From a virus (Duplodnaviria; Caudoviricetes), in the IMG/VR virus record IMGVR_UViG_3300010157_000191, positions 1-29,023 of that record: DNA of 29,023 bases. One strand, written 5' to 3'. Below are positions 16,964 to 25,507 of the stretch, in pieces. How positions within the stretch are numbered: the first letter of the stretch is position 1; each line of letters opens with the position of its first letter. The notes under the pieces were generated by a model. It saw nothing but the letters and a program-made list of their open reading frames with translations. It searched no databases and was not told the DNA's origin. The position numbers and the translations under genes are program-made.

Positions 16964-18655
16964 ATGTCAAACATTAGAATAGACAAACAAAAAGCTTACA
17001 AAAAATGGGCTCCTGTCTTAGAAAACATGGGTGTAATTAGCGACGACAGAATGGAATGGATGTCTGAATATGCTGAGTTTCACTCAATCAATGAAAATGC
17101 TTACCTTAATGCTGGTATCGCTGGTATGGGTCAAGTTTTAGCTCCTCAAGCTTCTACCTTAGCTGGTTCTACCTTAGGTACTAACTACTCAGGTAACGGT
17201 GGTCAAGTTGGTTCTGGAGATTTAGGTCAAAACCTATTACCAGTAGCTATGAAAATCGCTGCACAAACAATTGGTCTTGACTTGGTAGCTGTAAAGCCAA
17301 CCCCAGGTCCAAAAATCGATTTATTATACATCGATTTCCAATACGACGATGTTTCTACTGATACTGGTAGACCTCAAGTATTTAAATTCACCACAGATAA
17401 CTCAGGTAACAATGCGGCTATCGCACTTGGTCTTACCTCAGCTCTTGCTGCAGGTACTTACCAAACAACTGGTGGTTTACAAGGTGGTAGATTATGGCTT
17501 GGTATCACAGCTTCCTCAACATTCTACACTACAGATCCAACTGGTTCTACTAAGTTTCAATTCTTAGAGTTCCTAGGGTTCTCTCGTATTGATGGATCCC
17601 CAATGTTCAGAGCTTACAGACAAGCTAATGCAGTTGGTCAAACAAGCCTTTTTGGAGGTGCGCCTTATGCGTTCCAACAAGAACTTAACACATTCTTACC
17701 AACTAGCGCAATGACTGCTCAAATCACCAATATTGGTTCCGTTGCGGTTACTGGTACTCCAACAATCGAACTAGTTTCTGCACTTGAAGATCATATCCCT
17801 GGATTTGTAACTAATTTTGCAAACTCTGGTTCTGCTGGTTCTGGATCTTATCCAATGAGCCGTCTAGAAGATGACAACAGTTATGCTGGTGTTATTGGAC
17901 CAAAAGTTTCTTCTAAATCTGTTGCCGTTGGTACTATTGAGGTATCTTCTGCTCTTAGAAGAACTGAAATTGAAGATATCAAAGCTAACACTGGTATGGA
18001 TATCGTTCAAAAAATGGAATCTATACTTGTTAACGAATTGTCACAAACAATTTCTAAACAAATTATATCTAAAATCTTTGAATTAGGTGCTTTAAACCAA
18101 GCTAGTGCTCCTAAAAGAGGTGGTTCTTCAATCTTTGATTTGAACACTAACTATGCTTACACCAGTGCAGGTGCTCCAGGTGGTGAGACAACTCACGCTG
18201 TTCAAAGAAAGCTTATCACTAAGTTAGCACATGCTTCTAACTTTATCGCTACAGAAGGTCGTGTTGGACCAGCTCAATTTGCAGTTACCAACGGAGGTCT
18301 TGCAGCAGCTTTCATGGATATAGCTGGTTACACAATTAACCCAGTTAAATCTAAAATCAATGGTTCTGGACAATTATATCCAGTAGGACAAATCGGAGAT
18401 ATCACTATCTACGTTGACCCTTACATGAAATATAACGATAACAGAATCGTATTGGGTAGAAAGAACAATCCTGATCAACCAGGTGTAATATTTGTTCCTT
18501 ATTTAATGGCTCAATCAATTAGCCTATTATCTGAAGCAACATTTGCACCAAGATTACTTCTACGTTCTCGTTACGCGGTAACCGAAGTAGGTTGGTATCC
18601 ACAAAAACAGTATATGCAACTTACCGTTACAGATGCTGCTGGATTACTTAACTAA
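16964..18655 (+). CDS. gp23: major capsid protein (T4 gp23-like)
   Basis: KWAPVLE N-terminus, DLVAVKPTPGP, IYVDPY, IFVPY, TFAPRLLLRSRYA; strong codon bias; follows the protease gene. Confidence 0.93.
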   Translation: MSNIRIDKQKAYKKWAPVLENMGVISDDRMEWMSEYAEFHSINENAYLNAGIAGMGQVLAPQASTLAGSTLGTNYSGNGGQVGSGDLGQNLLPVAMKIAAQTIGLDLVAVKPTPGPKIDLLYIDFQYDDVSTDTGRPQVFKFTTDNSGNNAAIALGLTSALAAGTYQTTGGLQGGRLWLGITASSTFYTTDPTGSTKFQFLEFLGFSRIDGSPMFRAYRQANAVGQTSLFGGAPYAFQQELNTFLPTSAMTAQITNIGSVAVTGTPTIELVSALEDHIPGFVTNFANSGSAGSGSYPMSRLEDDNSYAGVIGPKVSSKSVAVGTIEVSSALRRTEIEDIKANTGMDIVQKMESILVNELSQTISKQIISKIFELGALNQASAPKRGGSSIFDLNTNYAYTSAGAPGGETTHAVQRKLITKLAHASNFIATEGRVGPAQFAVTNGGLAAAFMDIAGYTINPVKSKINGSGQLYPVGQIGDITIYVDPYMKYNDNRIVLGRKNNPDQPGVIFVPYLMAQSISLLSEATFAPRLLLRSRYAVTEVGWYPQKQYMQLTVTDAAGLLN

Positions 18656-18673
18656 TCTTAAACAGATAAAACT

Positions 18674-18701
18674 AAACCCTCTCAAATTGAGAGGGTTTTT
18701 T
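18674..18701 (+). terminator. intrinsic terminator after the capsid gene
   Basis: AAACCCTCTCA-AAT-TGAGAGGGTTT followed by a T-run. Confidence 0.9.
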
Positions 18702-18737
18702 ATTGCCTAAATAAGTAACGAGGAGCAGACGTTTCTT

Positions 18738-18746
18738 TAATATATA
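18738..18746 (+). promoter_or_regulatory. putative late promoter TAATATATA
   Basis: 4 nt before ATG 18751. Confidence 0.65.
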
Positions 18747-18750
18747 TTAA

Positions 18751-20613
18751 ATGATAATAGAAAGATTTGAGAAAATAGAGAAAATATTGAATGGCTCATC
18801 TACTAGACTAAGAGAGTCATTTTTTATAAAAAATTATATTGAGTTGTATAATGAAATTAGTTCAGTAGAGCTTGATATTACATTTAAGGAGAAATTATGG
18901 TATTGGGTAAATGGTATATCAACTCAATATACATGTAAATGTGGAAATACTACCACATTTAACAAGAATTGGTTAGATGGTTATAGGAAGTATTGTTCTA
19001 CAAAGTGTTCACAGCTGGATATATCAACTAATGAAAAAAGGAAAATTACTAATCTAGAGCGATATGGGGTTGATAATGTTGCTAAGTCTGATACAGTAAA
19101 AAGTAAAAAAGCTAATACTAATATTGAAAAGTATGGCTGTATTTCATCATTTCAGAATGAAAAAGTAAGGGAAAAATGGAGAAATAATCTAATAGATAAA
19201 TATAATGTTGAACACATATTTCAACTGGATTCTGTTAAGGAGAGTATTAGAGATAAAAGGAGTAAACGAACAAGTACTAAAAAAATCAATAGTGAAATAA
19301 AAAAACCGCATCATACAAAGAGTGATGATTTTAAATTAAATACAAAAAAGGCTAATAATATAAAATATGGTGTTGACTGGTATATACAAAGTGATGAATT
19401 TAAGGAAAAGAGTAAGAGTAATTCTTTGAAAAAGTATGGAGTTGATCATTATTCAAAGACAGAGGAATTTAAGGAAAAGTTAAAATCAACAAGTTTAGAA
19501 AGATATGGTGTTGATAATTACTCAAAAACTGATGAGTGTAAGGAGAAGATAATCAAGATAAATTTAATAAAATATGGGGTTGATAACATATCCAAAAATG
19601 AAGAGTTTAGATATATGAACTTTGATAATTCAAAAAGTGAATTTTATATTAAATATATTGGAAACTCAATAAGTCAATATAGATGTGATATGGGAAAGGA
19701 TCATTTTTTTGAAATAGATATAGACAATTATATAAAAAGAAAAGATAGTATAATTTGTACTATTTGTAATCCAATTGGTGATCATGTATCTATAGCAGAA
19801 AGTAAATTATATGACTATATAAAATCAATATATGCTGGTGAGATAATATGTGGGTATATGAATGAGTTTGAGATTGATATTTATCTACCCGAATTAAAAT
19901 TGGGATTTGAATTCAACGGATTATACTGGCATTCTGATTTGTATAAGAAGAAGGATTATCATATAAATAAAACAAATCATTTTAAGAATAAGGATATTCG
20001 TATTATTCATATATGGGAGGATGATTGGTTGTATAAGCAAGAAATTATTAAAAGTCAGATAAGTAGTTTATTTAGTATTAATAAAAAAATATTTGCTCGT
20101 AAATGTTTTGTTAGTTCAGTTAGTGTCGAAGATGCTAGGAAATTCTTGGATGATAATCATATTCAGGGATTTGTGAATAGCTCAGTGAAGATAGGGTTAT
20201 ATCAAGATAATAAATTGGTCAGTATTATGACGTTTGATAAATTTGAAGGCAGAAAAAGGATGATGAATAATGAATGGAATCTAAATAGGTTTTGTACTCT
20301 ATTAAATACTACTGTTATTGGTGGGGCTTCTAAACTATTAAGTTACTTTATTGATACTAATAAAGTAACTCGTATTATTAGCTATGCTGATATTGATTGG
20401 TCAATTGGTAATATGTATTATAAATTAGGCTTCAATAACACATTTGAAAGTGGTCCAGATTATAAATATGTAATTAATGGTAGAAGGGTGCATAAGTCTG
20501 GTTATAAGAAATCAAGATTAAATACTGAGCTTACCGAATCAATGGAAATGAAAAGGAGAAATATTTACAGAATATACGACTGTGGAAAAATTAAGTTTGA
20601 AAAGTTATTTTAA
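18751..20613 (+). CDS. large homing-endonuclease-like protein (KYGV repeats, EDxHD/Vsr-like nuclease, extra C-terminal domain)
   Basis: About 25-aa (K/R)YGVD repeats; EIDIYLPELKLGFEFNGLYWHS...IHIWEDDW; C-terminal ARKC...HIQG...RFC...SYAD...YDCG domain. Confidence 0.8.
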   Translation: MIIERFEKIEKILNGSSTRLRESFFIKNYIELYNEISSVELDITFKEKLWYWVNGISTQYTCKCGNTTTFNKNWLDGYRKYCSTKCSQLDISTNEKRKITNLERYGVDNVAKSDTVKSKKANTNIEKYGCISSFQNEKVREKWRNNLIDKYNVEHIFQLDSVKESIRDKRSKRTSTKKINSEIKKPHHTKSDDFKLNTKKANNIKYGVDWYIQSDEFKEKSKSNSLKKYGVDHYSKTEEFKEKLKSTSLERYGVDNYSKTDECKEKIIKINLIKYGVDNISKNEEFRYMNFDNSKSEFYIKYIGNSISQYRCDMGKDHFFEIDIDNYIKRKDSIICTICNPIGDHVSIAESKLYDYIKSIYAGEIICGYMNEFEIDIYLPELKLGFEFNGLYWHSDLYKKKDYHINKTNHFKNKDIRIIHIWEDDWLYKQEIIKSQISSLFSINKKIFARKCFVSSVSVEDARKFLDDNHIQGFVNSSVKIGLYQDNKLVSIMTFDKFEGRKRMMNNEWNLNRFCTLLNTTVIGGASKLLSYFIDTNKVTRIISYADIDWSIGNMYYKLGFNNTFESGPDYKYVINGRRVHKSGYKKSRLNTELTESMEMKRRNIYRIYDCGKIKFEKLF

Positions 20614-20636
20614 TTTATAAATATCAAAAAAAACAT

Positions 20637-20674
20637 AAAAAAAGTCACCTTATAATTTTAAGGTGACTTTTTTT
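20637..20674. terminator. bidirectional intrinsic terminator
   Basis: AAAAAAAGTCACCTTA...TAAGGTGACTTTTTTT between convergent genes. Confidence 0.88.
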
Positions 20675-20687
20675 GTTAGGTAAATTT

Positions 20688-20876
20688 CTATTTTATCAAA
20701 TCCTTTACGATTGCATACTGTTTATCACTTAGAATTTTAAATGATTTAGTGTCAACTTCAACCTTCTCTAAGAATTTATTAGTTTTAAGCTGTTTTTTTA
20801 ATGATAATACAAAGGTATTATCACCATCATAAGAACGTATTTTCTTATTTAATTCTATTTTTTCATTTATTTCCAT
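20688..20876 (-). CDS. small hypothetical protein
   Basis: 62-aa ORF filling the gap between thyA and the terminator. Confidence 0.65.
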   Translation of the reverse strand: MEINEKIELNKKIRSYDGDNTFVLSLKKQLKTNKFLEKVEVDTKSFKILSDKQYAIVKDLIK

Positions 20877-20911
20877 TTTGCTAATATAATGATATTTTTT
20901 AAATTAAAAAA

Positions 20912-21913
20912 TTAAATAGCCAACTCTAAAGGAGATACTATTTTCCTAATATCTTCAGTCCCGGTTATCTCAAAGTCATCTATCGTGAATTCATAGAAGT
21001 TTTTATTTGACTTTAGTGATATTGATGGTTGTTTATATAAGGATTCTCTATCGGCTAACTCCTGAGCCGCATTTCTATGCCTATCATAGATATGTAAGTT
21101 CTGTACAAAGTGTGCAAATACTCCTACCTTATATCCTAAGTGAGATGCAAACATCATCATTAAGGCAACATATTGAATCTTGTTTATATACCCTGCCATT
21201 ATGTAATCGTTAGATCTCTGAAATAGCGACATATCTAAATACATATCTTCACCAACTTTTCTTACTGACCAAATTGTTTCATAAGCACATGGATACAATC
21301 CTTTTGCTTCGGATAAGTCTGACTCCTGATATAATGAGATAATGTGTCTTCTTGAAAATGGATCATTTTTAAGTGAATTGAGTACATTATCAACTAGATT
21401 ATATTTCTTTACGGTGTATCCATATCTATGACCTATAGTTCCATCACCAATATCCCATTCATCCCACCAATTAACTCCTAAATCGTGTGCATCTGATAGT
21501 AAGTTTGATTGCTTCTGATATATCCATAATATCTCCTTGATGCCAGTCTTTATTGCAGTATTTCTGAGTGTTGGAATTGGAAACTCCCCTTTTGATATAT
21601 CATACTTTTCAAACACTTGTGTTATGAATCTTGTGTATGCTGGTGTACCATCCTTATACTTAGGACGTGGATTCTCATCTAATGACCAGTTACATTCTAC
21701 TTCTGTATTTAGTTCTCTAAGATTCCTTATGTAATAATGATCAGCTTTACTTAGTATCTTTTCAACCGTATCTTTATATCTTGGTATATCATATGAATCA
21801 CATACGTCATGATAATGCTCATCTGGTAGTTCACCTACTCCAAAATCAAATACATCAAACTTCTTGTGTTCTGAGGCTAGTTTTATTCTTTCTTCTAGTG
21901 ATAATTCTTTCAT
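20912..21913 (-). CDS. thyA: thymidylate synthase ThyA with an N-terminal extension of about 54 aa
   Basis: EILWIY, SRRHI, catalytic LYPC, QRSND, conserved Asn (YIN), NLHIYDRH, C-terminal LAI. Confidence 0.93.
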   Translation of the reverse strand: MKELSLEERIKLASEHKKFDVFDFGVGELPDEHYHDVCDSYDIPRYKDTVEKILSKADHYYIRNLRELNTEVECNWSLDENPRPKYKDGTPAYTRFITQVFEKYDISKGEFPIPTLRNTAIKTGIKEILWIYQKQSNLLSDAHDLGVNWWDEWDIGDGTIGHRYGYTVKKYNLVDNVLNSLKNDPFSRRHIISLYQESDLSEAKGLYPCAYETIWSVRKVGEDMYLDMSLFQRSNDYIMAGYINKIQYVALMMMFASHLGYKVGVFAHFVQNLHIYDRHRNAAQELADRESLYKQPSISLKSNKNFYEFTIDDFEITGTEDIRKIVSPLELAI

Positions 21914-21918
21914 ATGAT

Positions 21919-21944
21919 TTATATAAAATAAAAATTATTAGTTT
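21919..21944 (-). promoter_or_regulatory. putative middle promoter AAAC-N16-ATATAA
   Basis: Exact motif ending 5 nt before thyA ATG 21913. Confidence 0.55.
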
Positions 21945-21945
21945 T

Positions 21946-22716
21946 TTATTTTTTCCACTTTGTATCATACCAAAATGTCCTCCCATTTGAGTCTTTAATT
22001 GACTCACCTTTTTGATAAAATACCCAGTCACTAAAGCTTTGTGAGTCAGTATCAAATGGGTTTTTCCAGTCTCTCAATTGCCCACCATTTAGTGAGTATG
22101 ATTTTAGTGGCACATCTCTACATAAGTCTAAAATCTTTGGATGATTTTGTATAATATCTCTCGCTGATTGAAATGGATTAACATCTAGGTAATAGAGTAT
22201 TGTGCTTCTAATATAGTTGCCGATTCCGTTGAAATATTTCTGATTTAATAGTGTTTCGTAGATAGGATGGTTGAAGTCTTTCTTGTCTAAGTTTTGAAGT
22301 ATATTAGACTTGAATTTATCAAACTCTTTAATAGGATCAGGTCCTCTCTTTATACCACCAAACATTTCACCAATTTTATACTTTGGACCCATATATCCAC
22401 CATACAGTAATAAGGAGTGCCCGGTATCATCATCCATACGCAATCTAACAAATTTAGTCTTATTCCATTCATTTGTATGAACATACTTCCAATTTCCACT
22501 CATACCCATAAAAACATATATTGGAGTTATTATAGCTTCTTTTAGATATACAATCAATTCCTTACCGTTTGATTCGGAGCTAACTTCAAATATTGAATCA
22601 ATTTGCTGATTTGGTATATTACCCTTCTCTACATTGAATAATTTATTGAATTTCTTTGACTCACTGTTCTGGTTAATGTATTCAGACATTATTCGGACTT
22701 CTACTATCTCAGGCAT
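21946..22716 (-). CDS. nei: Fpg/Nei-family DNA glycosylase/AP lyase, NEIL1-like
   Basis: N-terminal PE..E, GKEL, MGMSG, H2TH motif LLNQKYFNGIGNYIR, C-terminal DSNGRTFWY without Zn-finger cysteines. Confidence 0.88.
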   Translation of the reverse strand: MPEIVEVRIMSEYINQNSESKKFNKLFNVEKGNIPNQQIDSIFEVSSESNGKELIVYLKEAIITPIYVFMGMSGNWKYVHTNEWNKTKFVRLRMDDDTGHSLLLYGGYMGPKYKIGEMFGGIKRGPDPIKEFDKFKSNILQNLDKKDFNHPIYETLLNQKYFNGIGNYIRSTILYYLDVNPFQSARDIIQNHPKILDLCRDVPLKSYSLNGGQLRDWKNPFDTDSQSFSDWVFYQKGESIKDSNGRTFWYDTKWKK

Positions 22717-22761
22717 AAAAAAAGTTTTATAACACTTATATGTTATAAAACTTTTTTGTTT
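22717..22761 (-). terminator. 17-bp-stem hairpin; probable terminator overlapping a putative middle promoter
   Basis: AAAAAAGTTTTATAACA-CTTATA-TGTTATAAAACTTTTTT (22718-22757); the minus strand also reads AAAC-N16-ATATAA (22761-22736). Confidence 0.65.
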
Positions 22762-23062
22762 AGAACTCTAATAGAGTGTCTAGGTTATATTCTCTTAGTG
22801 TGTACTTTCTGACAACTGCCTCAACCGCAGTATGTTTTATTTTAGTTATCTTAACTACTTTATAGACAAGGTAACCTCCTTTTGTAACATAACCAGGTAA
22901 TCTACCCGGAGAACTTGTCTTAAAAACTCTATCACCATTATTTATGAAGTTTCTTAGCGTAGATACCTCTTTAAAATCAATCTTTACCTTCTGATCCTCA
23001 TCACTATTTAGTGTAGTATAAGGCATTGTTGATTCTAGCCAGTATAAATTTGCGTCTTTCAT
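22760..23062 (-). CDS. hypothetical protein with C-terminal REYNLDTLL motif
   Basis: 100-aa ORF with ATGA overlap to the upstream gene. Confidence 0.7.
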   Translation of the reverse strand: MKDANLYWLESTMPYTTLNSDEDQKVKIDFKEVSTLRNFINNGDRVFKTSSPGRLPGYVTKGGYLVYKVVKITKIKHTAVEAVVRKYTLREYNLDTLLEF

Positions 23063-23532
23063 ATTAATTTGTCTAATTTCTTATCTCTTATTAAAGACTT
23101 TAAATTTCTATCTTCAATAGATATACTATGATTCTTGAACAATATTTTTGTATTAAACGTATCTTTTACTACACACTCAATACATAATTCTACTACAACT
23201 GTGCCCAGTGCCGATGAGCCATTTAAAAACCTAATATCCAGTGGTGAATCTATATATTTTATATAGTGTTGCTTACACTTGAGTTTATCAATTTCTTCAT
23301 CATCATATGAGTCCCTGAAATCATCAATGCTTACAAACTTTGTTACATACTCTCGTAATAGAGCGTTATTAACTTCTGAGTAGTTTGGAATTGAGGACTT
23401 ATAATGCTCATTAGATGGTATCCTCAACTTTGGAATTGTGGATACCGGCTTAGTACGTGTCACTCGTTGCTTATTAAGCAGCAAATCAAAAATTGGGCGA
23501 AATCCTTTAATAACTGTTTGTATAAATTTCAT
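23059..23532 (-). CDS. hypothetical protein with C-terminal RDKKLDKLI motif
   Basis: 157-aa ORF in an overlapping gene string; the exact start is uncertain. Confidence 0.7.
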   Translation of the reverse strand: MKFIQTVIKGFRPIFDLLLNKQRVTRTKPVSTIPKLRIPSNEHYKSSIPNYSEVNNALLREYVTKFVSIDDFRDSYDDEEIDKLKCKQHYIKYIDSPLDIRFLNGSSALGTVVVELCIECVVKDTFNTKILFKNHSISIEDRNLKSLIRDKKLDKLI

Positions 23533-24031
23533 ATTCGTTTAATTCTTTTCTTGGTTCATTACCTAATAATTCAAATCTTTTGCAACAATCTAAGATATAC
23601 TGAGAGTGATAAGCAAACTTTGGGTTAGTTAGCCCAATTGTTAAGTGTAAAGGAAGGAATGGATCCCTACTCAAACCTAATGCTGTTCTTATATCCTGTG
23701 CTTCTGGACACCAAACTCTTAACCACCAGTGACTACCATTTGACTTTGGTAAATTCTCATAGTAAAATGTGATTTCTTTTTTATTAAAATAGTTACTTGC
23801 TTCCATAAACAAACCCCTATTCATTTTATCGTTTATGATAGTTATGTGTGTTCCTCTTAATGGTGGATTTAACTTTAGATTAAATCTTGTCTTTAAGAAC
23901 CAGGCATAGTAATTCGATGTATCACAATTTGTTCTAATCATTGCGGTACATTTCCATGTAGATTGCTCCAAGTGTTTCTTGGAGACATCTGCTGGGGTGA
24001 AGTCTAATATGCCTTTTACTTTAAATAACAT
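23507..24031 (-). CDS. 2H phosphoesterase family protein
   Basis: Two HxT motifs (GTHITII, PLHLTIG) about 68 aa apart. Start moved to ATG 24031 because the longer start overlaps the promoter. Confidence 0.75.
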   Translation of the reverse strand: MLFKVKGILDFTPADVSKKHLEQSTWKCTAMIRTNCDTSNYYAWFLKTRFNLKLNPPLRGTHITIINDKMNRGLFMEASNYFNKKEITFYYENLPKSNGSHWWLRVWCPEAQDIRTALGLSRDPFLPLHLTIGLTNPKFAYHSQYILDCCKRFELLGNEPRKELNEYEIYTNSY

Positions 24032-24035
24032 AGCG

Positions 24036-24066
24036 CAAATATACAAATTAATTAGGTAAATTCAAA
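24036..24066 (-). promoter_or_regulatory. Bacteroidota sigma-A type promoter TTTG-N19-TATATTTG
   Basis: Exact -33/-7 consensus; -7 element ends 4 nt before the ATG. Confidence 0.75.
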
Positions 24067-24070
24067 AAAT

Positions 24071-24079
24071 TTATATATA
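24071..24079 (+). promoter_or_regulatory. putative late promoter TTATATATA
   Basis: 5 nt before ATG 24085. Confidence 0.55.
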
Positions 24080-24084
24080 ACAAT

Positions 24085-24234
24085 ATGTTAACAAAACTAG
24101 AATTAAGTCAGATTAAAGAGAAATTCATCGTGGATTATGCAAAGAAAAAAGGCTGGAACCCAAATAATTTGAGCCCCAGCCAATTGATTGAAATTATTAA
24201 TGATAGTAACTATCTTAACTTACATACCGGCTAA
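24085..24234 (+). CDS. 49-aa hypothetical protein (not in ORF track)
   Basis: MLTKLELSQIKEKFIVDYAKKKGWNPNNLSPSQLIEIINDSNYLNLHTG*; fills the gap and has a late-type motif at the usual spacing. Confidence 0.7.
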   Translation: MLTKLELSQIKEKFIVDYAKKKGWNPNNLSPSQLIEIINDSNYLNLHTG

Positions 24235-25407
24235 ACAGGTTGGTATGCTATCCAGTGTATATCTAAGGTGAGCAACTGGAATAACATCAAAGTTATTCAC
24301 AAAAGCCATTAGGTCACTTCTATTACCCACATATTCATTTATGGTTTCACCTTTTTCTAAGCACCAACAAGAGGTGCCGTCCCAAGTTATCTTTTCTATA
24401 ACTCTACCTTGCTTATTTAAAGCTTCGGTTATTAACCTCTTTTCGGTTTCTATCCACTCTTTAGATATATAAGCCTTTGTTCTAATACTATCTCTTATAA
24501 CAAAGGAGTAGTTTTCATCACTGAAATGAAGTCCTAAGTCTCCCTTTTCTCTTACTGGTTCATCTTCTAAATCATCCCAGTCCCAGCAGTCCCAACCACC
24601 TCCGTGGAATGGGCTCCATGCGGTTGCCGGGTCTCTCTCAACAGGTAATGATTCCCAGTCTACCTTAACAACAGCATTACACAATTGGTATAGATATTCT
24701 ATATCTTGTGCTTCCTTATGTGTGTGTTCGTTATAATAACCAACTGATATATTTGTACACTCTGGAATAAAAGTCATGAATTGTGCGGAGTCAGTCAATA
24801 CTCCAGTATCATCTGGGCGCATATTCAATCCACTCTTATTTAACTCTTTGCATAAAGAGAGAGCAAATTCATCAGAACAACAGTTGCCATAGAATTGATC
24901 TGTAATAACTGATGTAGTTCCTCGCCTATCAAAGGAAACTACCTTCTTGATATTTTTTAATTCATCAATGTGATATATTTCCTTTTCCATATCTGATGCT
25001 AAATCAGATGAACCAACACAACCTACTTCTTCACCGATGAAGAAATAATATAATCCAGGAACTTTCTTCTCAATCATAAATAAAGCAACAACTACACCAG
25101 CTTTATCATCTGCGCCTAATATAGTTGTACCATCACTCATAATATATCTACCATTAGCTTTAAGAACATAGCCAGCAGATAAATCACAAGGTTTGTCGTG
25201 AAAAGTGTGTCTAACGGGTCCAAATTCTTTATTTGCTGTATCAAGATGACAAGCAAACATTGTGGAATAGTTATCACCTACTGATAGGTAATAATTGCCG
25301 TATTTATCTTGCTTATATCCTTCAGGTAGCATATTTTCTAAGTATGCCTCAGTACCGTATGGATATGTGTACTTTGTAAGTTGTAAAAACTTTCTTTTAA
25401 TTCGCAT
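24220..25407 (-). CDS. M28/M20-like zinc metallopeptidase
   Basis: Metal-ligand motifs CHLDT, GADDKAG, GEE, SFDRRG, YNEH. Confidence 0.85.
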   Translation of the reverse strand: MRIKRKFLQLTKYTYPYGTEAYLENMLPEGYKQDKYGNYYLSVGDNYSTMFACHLDTANKEFGPVRHTFHDKPCDLSAGYVLKANGRYIMSDGTTILGADDKAGVVVALFMIEKKVPGLYYFFIGEEVGCVGSSDLASDMEKEIYHIDELKNIKKVVSFDRRGTTSVITDQFYGNCCSDEFALSLCKELNKSGLNMRPDDTGVLTDSAQFMTFIPECTNISVGYYNEHTHKEAQDIEYLYQLCNAVVKVDWESLPVERDPATAWSPFHGGGWDCWDWDDLEDEPVREKGDLGLHFSDENYSFVIRDSIRTKAYISKEWIETEKRLITEALNKQGRVIEKITWDGTSCWCLEKGETINEYVGNRSDLMAFVNNFDVIPVAHLRYTLDSIPTCLAGM

Positions 25408-25430
25408 TTAATATTTTTTACTTATTTATA

Positions 25431-25462
25431 CAAATATACAACTATTAATCCACATTAACAAA
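25431..25462 (-). promoter_or_regulatory. Bacteroidota sigma-A type promoter TTTG-N20-TATATTTG
   Basis: Exact -33/-7 consensus upstream of the peptidase gene. Confidence 0.72.
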
Positions 25463-25488
25463 AACAAACGAAATATAATGTGATATAA
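25462..25488 (+). promoter_or_regulatory. putative middle promoter AAAC-N17-ATATAA
   Basis: Upstream of glycosyltransferase ATG 25508. Confidence 0.5.
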
Positions 25489-25507
25489 CTAAAAAATAAC
25501 ATTTATA

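Noticed and set aside
15646-18086. Shadow ORFs within protease and capsid genes (15646..16029, 15986..16261, 17349..17567, 17871..18086)
   Set aside because: Explained by repeats and codon bias of the real genes; the products have no recognisable features.
20912-21913. dCMP hydroxymethylase or other base-modifying ThyA paralogue
   Set aside because: It retains the dUMP-specifying Asn and canonical ThyA motifs including the C-terminal end.
25423-25430. Canonical T4 late promoter TATAAATA on the minus strand
   Set aside because: Isolated occurrence abutting a host-type promoter; the structural genes do not use it, so chance in AT-rich DNA is likely.
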